DNA of 24,000 bases. Origin: Syntrophorhabdus sp. (GTDB taxonomy: Bacteria > Desulfobacterota > Syntrophorhabdia > Syntrophorhabdales > Syntrophorhabdaceae). How positions within the stretch are numbered: the first letter of the stretch is position 1; every line of letters starts with the position of its first letter. The position numbers and the translations under genes were made by a program. Below the pieces are notes generated by a model. The model was not told where the DNA came from. It saw nothing but the letters and a program-made list of their open reading frames with translations, and ran no database searches. Of this stretch, positions 1 through 8,272 are shown one piece after another. Where the stretch lies: NCBI GenBank assembly GCA_040767905.1, contig JAXGNP010000002.1, positions 428,635 to 452,634 on the forward strand, given 5' to 3'.

Positions 1-465
1 AGGAATGCTCATGCGAATAACCCCGAGGATTCTGCTATCCTTTTCAACAGGGAGTGCGACATAGAGCATTGTTTCTTCCAGAGTAATGCTGAACCTCGTG
101 GATTTTCCCACACCGCCGGACAGGGCGTCGACTACCTCGGGTCGTATCTTGTGGCTCTCCATAACCGAAGGGTCCTTCTCGGTATCTGCGAGAACCACGC
201 CATCCCTGTTGATAACGGTAACGCGAGCATTAATCTTGCCTCTCAGGTCTTTTAAAAAGACATCCAACTCCTGAAAACGACGATTTTCCAGATAATCTAC
301 TACATGCGGAGATGTGGTAATGGCAATATTCTTGAGGTTGTCGGTTAGGGTATTGACATAATTCGTCCTGATAAGTTTGAAGGAGATGAGCGGTATGAAA
401 AGAAGAAGGATGCAGATGATAACCAGATAACCGCCAAAGACCTTGGAAAACAGTGAAGTTTTCAT
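1..465 (-). CDS. Sensor histidine kinase, N-terminal portion (partial, continues past left edge)
   Basis: The minus-strand frame is open from ATG 465-463 to position 1, and is missing from the ORF track because it is edge-truncated. It forms an ATGA overlap with the stop (462-464) of the upstream response regulator. My translation is MKTSLFSKVFGGYLVIICILLLFIPLISFKLIRTNYVNTLTDNLKNIAITTSPHVVDYLENRRFQELDVFLKDLRGKINARVTVINRDGVVLADTEKDPSVMESHKIRPEVVDALSGGVGKSTRFSITLEETMLYVALPVEK. That gives one N-terminal TM helix followed by a PhoR-like sensor segment. The kinase core is not in the window. Confidence 0.65.
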   Translation of the reverse strand, partial: MKTSLFSKVFGGYLVIICILLLFIPLISFKLIRTNYVNTLTDNLKNIAITTSPHVVDYLENRRFQELDVFLKDLRGKINARVTVINRDGVVLADTEKDPSVMESHKIRPEVVDALSGGVGKSTRFSITLEETMLYVALPVEKDSRILGVIRMSIP

Positions 466-1142
466 TCCTCGAGTTTGTAGCCTACCCCGCGCATATTCTG
501 AATAAACTTTGCAGCCGTGCCGAGTTTTTCCCTGAGATGTTTGATATGGACATCAACGGTTCTGTCAAGGACCATCTTGTCATCCCCCCAGAGGTGCTGG
601 AGAATTTTTTCCCGCGAAAAGACCCAGCCCTTCTTCGAGACGAAAAGTTGGAGAATTCTGAACTCAGTTGATGTAAGATCGATCCTTTTTCCCTTAACCT
701 CAACCTCGTATTTTTCAAGATCAATAGTCATAATGTCGCCGACAGTGATTTTTTTTGTCTCCTCTTCAGGCTTGTGTCTCCTCAGGACCGCCTTGACACG
801 GGCGACCAACTCCCTGGGCGAAAAGGGTTTTGTCATATAATCATCTGCCCCGAGCTCAAGCCCGAGGATTCTCTCGCTCTCCTCCGCACGAGCAGTTAGC
901 ATAATAATTGGAATCTTGGAGAAAGCATCCTCTTTTTTCAGGTGCTTACAAACCTCATACCCATCTGTATCGGGGAGCATGAGGTCAAGAATGATCAGGT
1001 CGGGAAGCTCTGATTTGAGAAACCGGTAGAATGAATCCACGTCGAGGAACTGCTTTGTCCGGAATCCTCCCTTCTTAAGATGGAGAGAGACAAGATTGAG
1101 AATGTCCGGCTCATCATCAACAATTGCAACCAGTTTGCTCAC
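462..1142 (-). CDS. OmpR/PhoB-family response regulator (receiver + winged-helix DNA-binding domain)
   Basis: 226 aa. Receiver motifs are VDDEPDI, ILDLMLPDTDG and ADDYMTKPF. The C-terminal winged helix reads LTSTEFRILQLF...VDVHIKHLREKLG...RGVGY. It has a GTG start preceded by AGGAGGAG 9 nt upstream. Confidence 0.9.
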   Translation of the reverse strand: MSKLVAIVDDEPDILNLVSLHLKKGGFRTKQFLDVDSFYRFLKSELPDLIILDLMLPDTDGYEVCKHLKKEDAFSKIPIIMLTARAEESERILGLELGADDYMTKPFSPRELVARVKAVLRRHKPEEETKKITVGDIMTIDLEKYEVEVKGKRIDLTSTEFRILQLFVSKKGWVFSREKILQHLWGDDKMVLDRTVDVHIKHLREKLGTAAKFIQNMRGVGYKLEE

Positions 1143-1306
1143 AATTGTTTGCTCCTCCTGTTAAACATTATCCCTGTCTTTTTGAGCATATCATACCCGA
1201 AACAATTTGAAAAGAAACACTTTTTTCAATTGAATATCCGTGATAGAAAAGATTATGGTATTATCATCTGTAAGTTGCGTTTGTGCTGTCACGAAAGGGA
1301 GGCGCT

Positions 1307-2275
1307 ATGGGCAAATCAGGTAAAGGGGCAAACGAAAAAAGAGCGTGCCAGAGGGATATCTCGATCACGTATAACTTCCGGGATGAGATCCCCAGGATCG
1401 TTGATACTATTGTATCGCTTCATGACCAGAATGACAGGTTTTGCCACATCAGTCCTGAGCCTGCCCCCTCAAGGGCGCTGGTAATAGAAATCATCCGGAG
1501 GGGTATGCGTATAATGTATCCCGGCTATTTTTCTGAAACATGCATGGACGAGGTAAACATGCGGTATTACCTTGGTCAGGAGGTTATTGAGTTTTTTCAA
1601 GTCCTTTCAGGGCAGATTACTACTGCAATCAGGCACGATTGTGTCCGTTTCGACCTTGCCTGTACCAACTGCGATGAAAGGGGCCAGCGCATAGGATTGC
1701 AGTTCGTCAGGGATATTCCCAATCTTCAGGCCGTACTTGCAAAGGATATCATTGCTGCCCATGAGGGTGATCCTGCGTCAAAATATTACGATGAGGTAAT
1801 CTTCAGCTATCCTGGTCTTTTTGCAATTACCGTGTACCGTATGGCCCACAATCTCCTTGAACAGGGGGTGCCCCTTATTCCCAGGATCATGACAGAGTAT
1901 GCCCACACCCTTACCGGTATCGATATCCACCCGGGTGTTCACATTGGGGAGAGCTTCTTTATCGATCATGGAACAGGAGTGGTCATTGGCGAAACCACTA
2001 CTATCGGAGACCGCGTGAGAATATATCAGGGCGTTACATTGGGTGCGCTGTCCTTGAGCAAAAATGAGGTGGAGCGGTTGAGGAATAAAAAAAGGCACCC
2101 TACCATTGAAGACGATGTGATCATTTATTCAAATGCGACGATACTCGGGGGAAACACCGTCATAGGCGCCCGCTCGGTTATTGGCGGTAACGTGTGGCTC
2201 ACAGAATCAGTGCCACCTGACACAACAGTGTTTCTGAAAAAGCCTGAATTAGTCATTACGGAGAAATCACGGTGA
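1307..2275 (+). CDS. cysE: Serine O-acetyltransferase, long (EpsC-like) form
   Basis: Left-handed beta-helix hexapeptide region DIHPGVHIGESFFIDHGTGVVIGETTTIGDRVRIYQGVTLG...IEDDVIIYSNATILGGNTVIGARSVIGGNVW. I chose the start at ATG 1307 (GGGAGG 6 nt upstream) rather than the track's GTG 1283. Confidence 0.85.
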   Translation: MGKSGKGANEKRACQRDISITYNFRDEIPRIVDTIVSLHDQNDRFCHISPEPAPSRALVIEIIRRGMRIMYPGYFSETCMDEVNMRYYLGQEVIEFFQVLSGQITTAIRHDCVRFDLACTNCDERGQRIGLQFVRDIPNLQAVLAKDIIAAHEGDPASKYYDEVIFSYPGLFAITVYRMAHNLLEQGVPLIPRIMTEYAHTLTGIDIHPGVHIGESFFIDHGTGVVIGETTTIGDRVRIYQGVTLGALSLSKNEVERLRNKKRHPTIEDDVIIYSNATILGGNTVIGARSVIGGNVWLTESVPPDTTVFLKKPELVITEKSR

Positions 2276-2406
2276 TTATTCATAGCGAAATCTCAGATGA
2301 AATTACATTATCAGTTTAACATTATTTATTGAACGGTCGTAGGCGAACCAATACGCTGAAACGCTTATGAGCGTATACTTTTGCAATCATCAATAAGGAG
2401 GACCCA

Positions 2407-2625
2407 ATGGAGCTAGGAGAATTACAAAAAGGCAAGGATAAAATTATCATCGCACTCAAGGAATTCAAAGGAAAAGAGTATATCGATATTAGAACCCACT
2501 TTGAAAATGATGATGGAGACTGGATACCTACCAAGAAGGGGATAACCTTCTCTCCGGAGAGCCTTGATGAAATGATAGAAATTCTTAAGACTGCAAAGAA
2601 GAAAATAGAGGGCAAAGAAAAATAG
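2407..2625 (+). CDS. PC4/p15-like (YdbC-type) small ssDNA-binding protein
   Basis: 72 aa. The pattern FKGKEYIDIRTHFENDDGDWIPTKKGITFSPESLDEMIEIL matches the PC4 fold signature (FKGK..vDIR....g...PtKKGIsl). Strong RBS AAGGAGG upstream. Confidence 0.7.
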   Translation: MELGELQKGKDKIIIALKEFKGKEYIDIRTHFENDDGDWIPTKKGITFSPESLDEMIEILKTAKKKIEGKEK

Positions 2626-2653
2626 CAATAGCCCTTGATGACGAGATACTATC

Positions 2654-2902
2654 TCATATTCCCAGGGCTGCTTTGATCTCGTCCCTCTTAAAACCCACGA
2701 TCACTTTGCTCCCGATGCAGATAGTGGGAAAAGTGGCGGCCGGGTTATACTGTTTGACTTCTTCAATCATTGCAGTCATTTCCTCTCCTGACAGAAGGTC
2801 AACATCAATATGCTCATACTTGACACCATTTTCATTCAGAAATTGTTTGGTGTTTTTACAATGGATGCAACCGCTCAAGGTATACATTTTAACGGGTGCC
2901 AT
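2654..2902 (-). CDS. Glutaredoxin-like / NrdH-like small thiol-disulfide protein
   Basis: 82 aa. It has a CIHC (CxxC) motif right after the first beta strand (KMYTLSGCIHC) and a TFPTICIG cis-Pro region typical of the thioredoxin fold. RBS AAGGAGGG upstream. It sits 21 nt downstream of the flavin reductase gene. Confidence 0.8.
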   Translation of the reverse strand: MAPVKMYTLSGCIHCKNTKQFLNENGVKYEHIDVDLLSGEEMTAMIEEVKQYNPAATFPTICIGSKVIVGFKRDEIKAALGI

Positions 2903-2923
2903 ATTCCCTCCTTTATGAGACTT

Positions 2924-3490
2924 TTACCTCTTGTCTGACGTATTGGTTTCAACCCATCTTGCGAAGGCCTGCATGAACTTTGTGACAAATTCCTCGATTG
3001 AATCATTTGCAAGGTTGCCATGCCCATCGAAGAGATTGGCTGCATTACCTACATAGGCCTCAGGCTGCTGCATGGTGGGAATGTTGAGAAACACGAGCGA
3101 CTGTCTGAGATGATGGTTTGCGCCGAATCCGCCTATTGCGCCGGGTGAAACGGTCATTACAGCACCAGGCTTGCCATCCCATACGCTTTTTCCGTAGGGA
3201 CGGGAGCCTACATCGATCGCATTCTTGATCACGGCAGGGATTGAGCGGTTGTATTCAGGCGTTACAAACAAGACACCGTCAAACGGCTTTACCTGTTTTC
3301 TGAAATCTGTCCATACATCAGGAGGCCTTCCCTCATCATCGAGGTCCTGGTCATACAGAGGAAGGGCCCCAATTTCAATGATTTCAAGCTTCAGTGTTTC
3401 CGGTGCATGCGTTGCAAGGGCATTGGCCATTTTGCGGTTATAAGATTCCTTTCGAAGGCTTCCAACAAAGACTGCAATTTTCTTTGCCAT
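2924..3490 (-). CDS. NADPH-dependent FMN reductase (ChrR/YieF-like)
   Basis: The 188-aa product from ATG 3490 (RBS GAAGGAGGAG) reads MAKKIAVFVGSLRKESYNR...VTPEYNRSIPAVIKNAIDVGSRP...HHLRQSLVFLN. It is collinear with, and the same length as, E. coli YieF as I remember it. The track ORF extends to 3682 but that extension has no RBS. Confidence 0.85.
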   Translation of the reverse strand: MAKKIAVFVGSLRKESYNRKMANALATHAPETLKLEIIEIGALPLYDQDLDDEGRPPDVWTDFRKQVKPFDGVLFVTPEYNRSIPAVIKNAIDVGSRPYGKSVWDGKPGAVMTVSPGAIGGFGANHHLRQSLVFLNIPTMQQPEAYVGNAANLFDGHGNLANDSIEEFVTKFMQAFARWVETNTSDKR

Positions 3491-3668
3491 GTGAATGTTC
3501 TCCTCCTTCTTTATATTTATTGGAAAAGTATATGCGATACTGATAAATATTGCGAGATGTTCGTGTCGAAAACGATATAATCCCACAATAAAGATGAATA
3601 GGGTTAAAGGCTTCTTTACCCATCCGTATCCTTCTGCTCTTAAAAAATGGCCATATAAGGTGAAGGTA

Positions 3669-3698
3669 TTGACATTAATCAAGCCATTCAGTTATTAT
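3669..3698 (+). promoter_or_regulatory. Candidate sigma70-type promoter for the reductase/transporter/selB operon
   Basis: TTGACA (3669-3674), an 18-nt spacer, then TATTAT (3693-3698). A second possible -10, TATAAT, lies at 3725-3730. This is sequence pattern only. Confidence 0.4.
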
Positions 3699-3853
3699 AT
3701 CTCTGAAATAAATGAAAGCAATAGTATAATGCGAAGAAAAGAAATTATATTTATTCCTTCAGGCTGAGAAACATATAGGGGGCCCGGGTGGCTTCCCTTT
3801 ATGACCGTGTTCGCAGTTTCTCCGCCGTAATCCCACAATTTATCTCCCGGGAG

Positions 3854-3890
3854 TCCGGCGCGGAAATCCGCGGCCGGATTTTTTATTTTT
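3854..3890 (+). terminator. Intrinsic terminator inside the 5' leader (attenuator), directly abutting the RBS of the first operon gene
   Basis: The stem TCCGGCGCGG (3854-3863) pairs with CCGCGGCCGGA (3868-3878), giving 10 bp with one bulged G and an AAAT loop. It is followed by TTTTTTATTTTT (3879-3890), then GGGAGG (3891-3896) and ATG 3902. Confidence 0.7.
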
Positions 3891-3901
3891 GGGAGGTTTT
3901 C

Positions 3902-5182
3902 ATGTCAGATTACACACAAATGTGGACGGATTTGGGCCTTGATCTTAAGGCTCATGACGCGCTTCTTTCAGTCCTGGGTGGAGCGTATCAGGACATCTTT
4001 CTTTCTCAGAAGAATCGTCCCGAGGGAATGAAGTACTTCGACTTCGTTATGAGCGAAGTTCATGGCCTCAGGATTAAGGAACTCATGGATGCAAAGGCAG
4101 AGGGCCGCATCGTAGTGGGCTCCTATTGTGTTTTTGTGCCGGAGGAACTTATTCTTGCCGTAGATGGTGTTTCAGTTGGCCTCTGTGCCGGTGCAGAATT
4201 TAACTTTGAAGGTGCCGAAGAGGTAGTTCCCAGGAACCTTTGTCCGCTGATTAAATCAGCCTTCGGATTCAAGAGGGGTCTCGTGTGCCCATACGTTGAG
4301 GCGAGCGACATCATAGTCGGTGAGAATACTTGTGACGGCAAGAAAAAAGCCTATGAAGTTCTATCGCCTATGGTTAAGGACCTTTATATTATCGATCTCC
4401 CGCAGATGAAAAGCGAAACTGGTAAGATGCTTCTCAGGGAAGAGTACCGGAAATTCATAGCAAAACTTGAGGGCACAAGCGGAAAGAAGATCACCACTGA
4501 AACTCTGAAGAAAGGTGTAGAGATTACCAATGCAAAGAGAAAAGCTGTGAAGCGACTCGCAGAGCTGCGCAAGGCTGACCCTGCCCCCATTTCAGGTCTT
4601 GATGCTCTCCTCATAAACCAGGTCTTCTTTTACGATGATACGGTTCGATTTACTGCATCTGTAAACGCCCTTTGTGAAGAGCTTGAAGACCGCATTAAAA
4701 AAGGTATTGGCGTCTTCCCGAAGGGCACAACCCGCTTGCTAATTTCAGGATGTCCCATGGCAGTTCCCAACTGGAAGGTACCTTTCCTTGTTGAAACGAG
4801 TGGCGCTGTAATCGTAGGTGAGGAGTCGTGTGTAGGTGAGCGCGGTACGCAATGGCTCACCGAGGGGAAGGGGGATACTGTGGCTGAGCTTCTCGATGAT
4901 ATTACTGAACGATACTTCAAGATAGACTGTGCGGTGTTTACACCCAACCCATCGAGAACTGAACATGTAAGAGAGATGCATGGCAAAACAGGGGCTCAGG
5001 GAGTGATCCATTACAGCCTTCAGTTCTGTCATCCATACATAATCGAGAGCGGTCCTGCTGAGGCAGCACTCGAAAAAGCCAGCATCCCTACGCTGCGTCT
5101 TGAGACGGATTACAGCCAGGAGGATGCAGGCCAACTCAAGACCAGAATTGAGGCATTCCTTGAGAGGATTCAGGGAAAATGA
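3902..5182 (+). CDS. 2-hydroxyacyl-CoA dehydratase / double-cubane-cluster reductase family protein, paralog A
   Basis: 426 aa from ATG 3902 (GGGAGG RBS). Family-typical Cys motifs are GSYCVFVPEE, NLCPLIKSAFGF, ENTCDGKKK, ISGCPM, EESCVGE, IDCAVFTPN and LQFCHPY. It is followed by an activase gene with an ATGA overlap. Confidence 0.8.
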   Translation: MSDYTQMWTDLGLDLKAHDALLSVLGGAYQDIFLSQKNRPEGMKYFDFVMSEVHGLRIKELMDAKAEGRIVVGSYCVFVPEELILAVDGVSVGLCAGAEFNFEGAEEVVPRNLCPLIKSAFGFKRGLVCPYVEASDIIVGENTCDGKKKAYEVLSPMVKDLYIIDLPQMKSETGKMLLREEYRKFIAKLEGTSGKKITTETLKKGVEITNAKRKAVKRLAELRKADPAPISGLDALLINQVFFYDDTVRFTASVNALCEELEDRIKKGIGVFPKGTTRLLISGCPMAVPNWKVPFLVETSGAVIVGEESCVGERGTQWLTEGKGDTVAELLDDITERYFKIDCAVFTPNPSRTEHVREMHGKTGAQGVIHYSLQFCHPYIIESGPAEAALEKASIPTLRLETDYSQEDAGQLKTRIEAFLERIQGK

Positions 5183-5948
5183 GGGCAGCCGGGCTTGATA
5201 TCGGCTCCCGCACCGTGAAGCTTGCTGTCCTTGAAGAGGGCAAGGCAACTCATACGCGGAAAACCTTAACGTCTCACGATCCTTTAGGGGCTGTTCGTGA
5301 GCTTTCCAAGGGAGTTGATTATGATGTCTTAGTGGCTACCGGTTACGGAAGGCATCTTATCAAGGAGCACTTGGATTGCCCTGTCATTAGCGAGATCAAG
5401 GCCTTTGCCCTGGGGGCGAAAGCCATCCATCCGACCTGCAGGGTTATCCTCGATATTGGCGGACAGGACACAAAGGCAATTTGTTTGACGATACCGGTGA
5501 ATTAAGTAAATTCGAAATGAACGATAAGTGTGCTGCCGGCACAGGCCGTTTTCTTGAGATAATGGCTAACGCCCTCAATTATAGCCTCGACGAATTTTCA
5601 AAAGCGGCCTGTACTGCGCAGCGGGCCGAGAAGATCAACAGCATGTGCACAGTATTCGCCGAATCTGAAGTTATCTCTTTAACAGCGCAGGGAGCAAGGC
5701 GGGACGAAGTGGCTCTGGGTATCCACAAGGCTATCGTGAGCAGGTCTATTGCTCTCCTAAAGCGGATTGCCCCTTCCGGGGAAGTACTCTTTGCAGGAGG
5801 GGTAGCACTCAATGAATGCGTTCGTTCGTTGATAGCAGAGGAGCTTAAACGGCCTGTGATCGTTCCGCCCGACCCGCAGATCGTTGGAGCCCTTGGGGCT
5901 GCCCTTCAAGCGACCAGGTATTACGATAACATGGGGAGGATTACATGA
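5179..5948 (+). pseudogene. BcrAD/BadFG/HgdC-type ATPase activase (archerase), interrupted by a 1-nt frameshift near 5480
   Basis: The ORFs 5179-5505 (MRAAGLDIGSRTVKLAV...ILDIGGQDTKAI) and 5481-5948 (LFDDTGELSKFEMNDKCAAGTGRFLE...SMCTVFAESEV...FAGGVALN...PQIVGALGAA) together make one collinear activase. Both cluster-bridging Cys motifs are present. The frames join if one base is added in the TTT run 5480-5482. Confidence 0.85.
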
Positions 5949-7108
5949 ATAGAATATTGGAGCCTCTTATTGACGACCAATACACGGGAGAGCCGCCTTC
6001 CAAGCGAGTCCTGGCGTATCTACAGGCACAAAGGTCACAGGGGGCGAAAATTGTGGGGACCTACTGTGGCTATGCACCCATAGAGGTCATCCGGGCCCTC
6101 GACCTTGTGCCTGCGACCCTCTGCGCCTTCTCGAACGCCACAATAGAGGCCGCGGAAGCAATCCTCCCTGCGAACCTGTGCCCCCTCATTAAGTCAAGCT
6201 ACGGATTTATCGTAACGGATACCTGTCCCTTTTTCGGAATTTCTGATGCCGTGATCGCTGAGACGACGTGCGATGGAAAAAAGAAAATGTTCGAGCTTAT
6301 TGGTGATTATAAACCTTTGCACGTCATGGATCTGCCTCAGCTCCCTGATGAACCGGAAGCGCTTGAGAACTGGACAACGATGATCCACAAGCTGAAGGAA
6401 TTTCTCGAACGTATTTTCGAGCGTACCATTACTGACGACAGAATTGAACAAGCCATTCGAGACTCTAATGAGAAGGTTCGGAAAATGAATCAGGTTTTCG
6501 ACTATGTTGCGCTGGATCCTCCGCTGGTGGGATGGCAAGAGCTCTACGACATATTTTTTCTCGCACAGAGCGCTCGGGGGTCAGAAATGGTCCCTCTTTT
6601 CGATAGTATAATCAACAAGCTTGAGAGGAGGAAAAAAGATGGTTATGTCTACGGCCCGTCAGGGGCTCCCAGGGTGATGGTGACGGGCTGTCCCGTGTCG
6701 GGCGACGCATCAAAAGTGTTTCACGCTATCGAAGAGGCAGGAGGTGTAATTGTTGCCCTTGATATCTGCTCAGGCATGAAGCCTTATATGTCTCTTATAG
6801 AAGAAGGGACGGGCGAACCAATCCGGACACTCGCAGCTCATTATTTGCAGATACCGTGCTCATGCATGACGCCAAACGATCGCCGGCTTGTTGAAATGAC
6901 TAAGATTATCGAAAGGTTTAAGCCCGACGCTGTAGTAGATGTGATCTTACAGGCGTGCCATTCCTATAACATCGAGTCATTCAAGGTGGGCGAGCATATT
7001 CAGGAAAAACATGGTCTGTCTTTCCTTAAAATTGTGACCGACTATTCTCAAAGCGATGTAGGTCAAATAAGAACAAGGGTGGAAGCACTACTGGAGATAT
7101 GTAAATGA
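5945..7108 (+). CDS. 2-hydroxyacyl-CoA dehydratase / double-cubane-cluster reductase family protein, paralog B
   Basis: 387 aa. Motifs are GTYCGYAP, NLCPLIKSSYGF, TDTCPFF, ETTCDGKKKMFEL, VTGCPV, ICSGMK, IPCSCMTPN and LQACHSYN. RBS GGGGAGG. ATGA overlap with the activase stop. Confidence 0.8.
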   Translation: MNRILEPLIDDQYTGEPPSKRVLAYLQAQRSQGAKIVGTYCGYAPIEVIRALDLVPATLCAFSNATIEAAEAILPANLCPLIKSSYGFIVTDTCPFFGISDAVIAETTCDGKKKMFELIGDYKPLHVMDLPQLPDEPEALENWTTMIHKLKEFLERIFERTITDDRIEQAIRDSNEKVRKMNQVFDYVALDPPLVGWQELYDIFFLAQSARGSEMVPLFDSIINKLERRKKDGYVYGPSGAPRVMVTGCPVSGDASKVFHAIEEAGGVIVALDICSGMKPYMSLIEEGTGEPIRTLAAHYLQIPCSCMTPNDRRLVEMTKIIERFKPDAVVDVILQACHSYNIESFKVGEHIQEKHGLSFLKIVTDYSQSDVGQIRTRVEALLEICK

Positions 7109-7159
7109 GATGACACTGATTGTTTTATAAATATCTTAGAACAGGAGGTAGTAAGACTT

Positions 7160-8272
7160 ATGTTTAGAAATCTGAAGTCGGCTTTGATTACGGTTGTTGG
7201 GTTCGTTATTTTATCGTTCGCTTCCGGTGTTTATGGGGCAGATATTCCCGCCATGAAAGTGGGTTATATTTTTACCACCCACCACACACCATTTATGGTG
7301 GCAGCACAAAAAGGTGAAGCTCTCAAATCCATGGGAGTGTATCTCAAACCGGTTGTCGCCAAGGACAAGTATGAGTTAATAGTAGATGGCAAGCCGATAG
7401 CAACGCTCCAGTTGATTGTGGCAAAAAGCGGAACGGAAACCGCCTCGCTTTTCGCACGAAACCAGCTCGATCTTGCTATGGCTTCTGTTACAGCCATGAT
7501 AGCCGCAATCGACAAAGGGACAGCAATAAAAATACTGAGTCCCCTTCAAACGGAGGGAATGGGTCTTGTTGTGGCAAAAGATTCTCCCCTTGTCAACTGG
7601 GAATCGTTTATGGCCCATATCAAAAAGGCCGGTAAGCCAGTAAAAATAGGATATCACTCTCCCACGAGCGCCCCGAAGATAATCCTTGAAGGGTCGCTGA
7701 AACAGTCAGGGATACGGGTGACTGAAGACCCCAATGATCAGTCGGCCCAGGTCTTGCTTGCCGACCTGAAAGAAACGACGAACTTGATCCCTGCTCTTAC
7801 CAGCAGGCAGGTCGAAGCTGTTGTCGGGCCATCGCCTTTCCCGGAGGTTGCTGTCAGTCGTGGTGTAGGCAAGATTGTGGTGGAGCTCCGCGACCTTCCC
7901 CCCAAGGGGTATTGGCATGATTTTCCCTGCTGTGTCACCGCGGCCACCGATGCAACCATCTCCAAACACCCCCATGTAGTGCAAAAATTCATAGAACTTA
8001 TCGCCAAGACCAACGCATGGTGCAACAAGAACAGACTTGAGGCCGGTACATTAACCGCGGAGTGGATTGGACTTCCCCCTGAATCAGCCCAGGCATCAAC
8101 ATTGGTTTACCTGCCAAAATTCACCGCGCAATGGATGAAAGGCGCCAATGAGTATCTGACCATTCTCGATCAAATGGGAAAATTTACCGGAAAAATGAAA
8201 GGAAAAACAATCAACGATGTAAGGCCGGTTCTATTCGACATGCAATTTATTGACAGAGTGAAAATACAATGA
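7160..8272 (+). CDS. ABC transporter substrate-binding protein, NitT/TauT (NMT1/SsuA-like) family, secreted
   Basis: 370 aa. Signal peptide MFRNLKSALITVVGFVILSFASGVYG/AD. Overall SsuA/TauA-like layout, followed by a cognate permease and ATPase. Contains a vicinal Cys pair (HDFPCCVTAA). RBS AGGAGG. Confidence 0.75.
   Translation: MFRNLKSALITVVGFVILSFASGVYGADIPAMKVGYIFTTHHTPFMVAAQKGEALKSMGVYLKPVVAKDKYELIVDGKPIATLQLIVAKSGTETASLFARNQLDLAMASVTAMIAAIDKGTAIKILSPLQTEGMGLVVAKDSPLVNWESFMAHIKKAGKPVKIGYHSPTSAPKIILEGSLKQSGIRVTEDPNDQSAQVLLADLKETTNLIPALTSRQVEAVVGPSPFPEVAVSRGVGKIVVELRDLPPKGYWHDFPCCVTAATDATISKHPHVVQKFIELIAKTNAWCNKNRLEAGTLTAEWIGLPPESAQASTLVYLPKFTAQWMKGANEYLTILDQMGKFTGKMKGKTINDVRPVLFDMQFIDRVKIQ

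Noticed and set aside
1080-1484. 134-aa + strand ORF spanning the divergent promoter region between the response regulator and the serine acetyltransferase.
   Set aside because: It overlaps two well-supported genes and the AT-rich intergenic region, and has a low-complexity product and no RBS. The imperfect palindrome CAATTTGAAAAG/CTTTTTTCAATTG (1203-1232) in the same region is too AT-rich and gapped to call as an operator.
3491-3682. 64-codon N-terminal extension of the flavin reductase ORF (track 2924-3682).
   Set aside because: The extension is AT-rich and hydrophobic junk. ATG 3490 has a GAAGGAGGAG RBS and yields the family-typical 188-aa length.
3788-3901. GTG-initiated 38-codon N-terminal extension of the first reductase ORF (track ORF 3788-5182), with AGGGGG 5 nt upstream.
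   Set aside because: The extension translates a terminator stem and T-tract (IFYFWEVF). A far better RBS (GGGAGG) and ATG occur at 3902. I treat 3788-3901 as leader RNA, but I flag it as the main alternative to the attenuator interpretation.
5476-5484. Programmed -1 ribosomal frameshift as the explanation for the split activase.
   Set aside because: The sequence at the junction (GCA ATT TGT) is not an X XXY YYZ slippery heptamer. I see no downstream stimulatory structure. A 1-nt indel in a T run is the simpler explanation.
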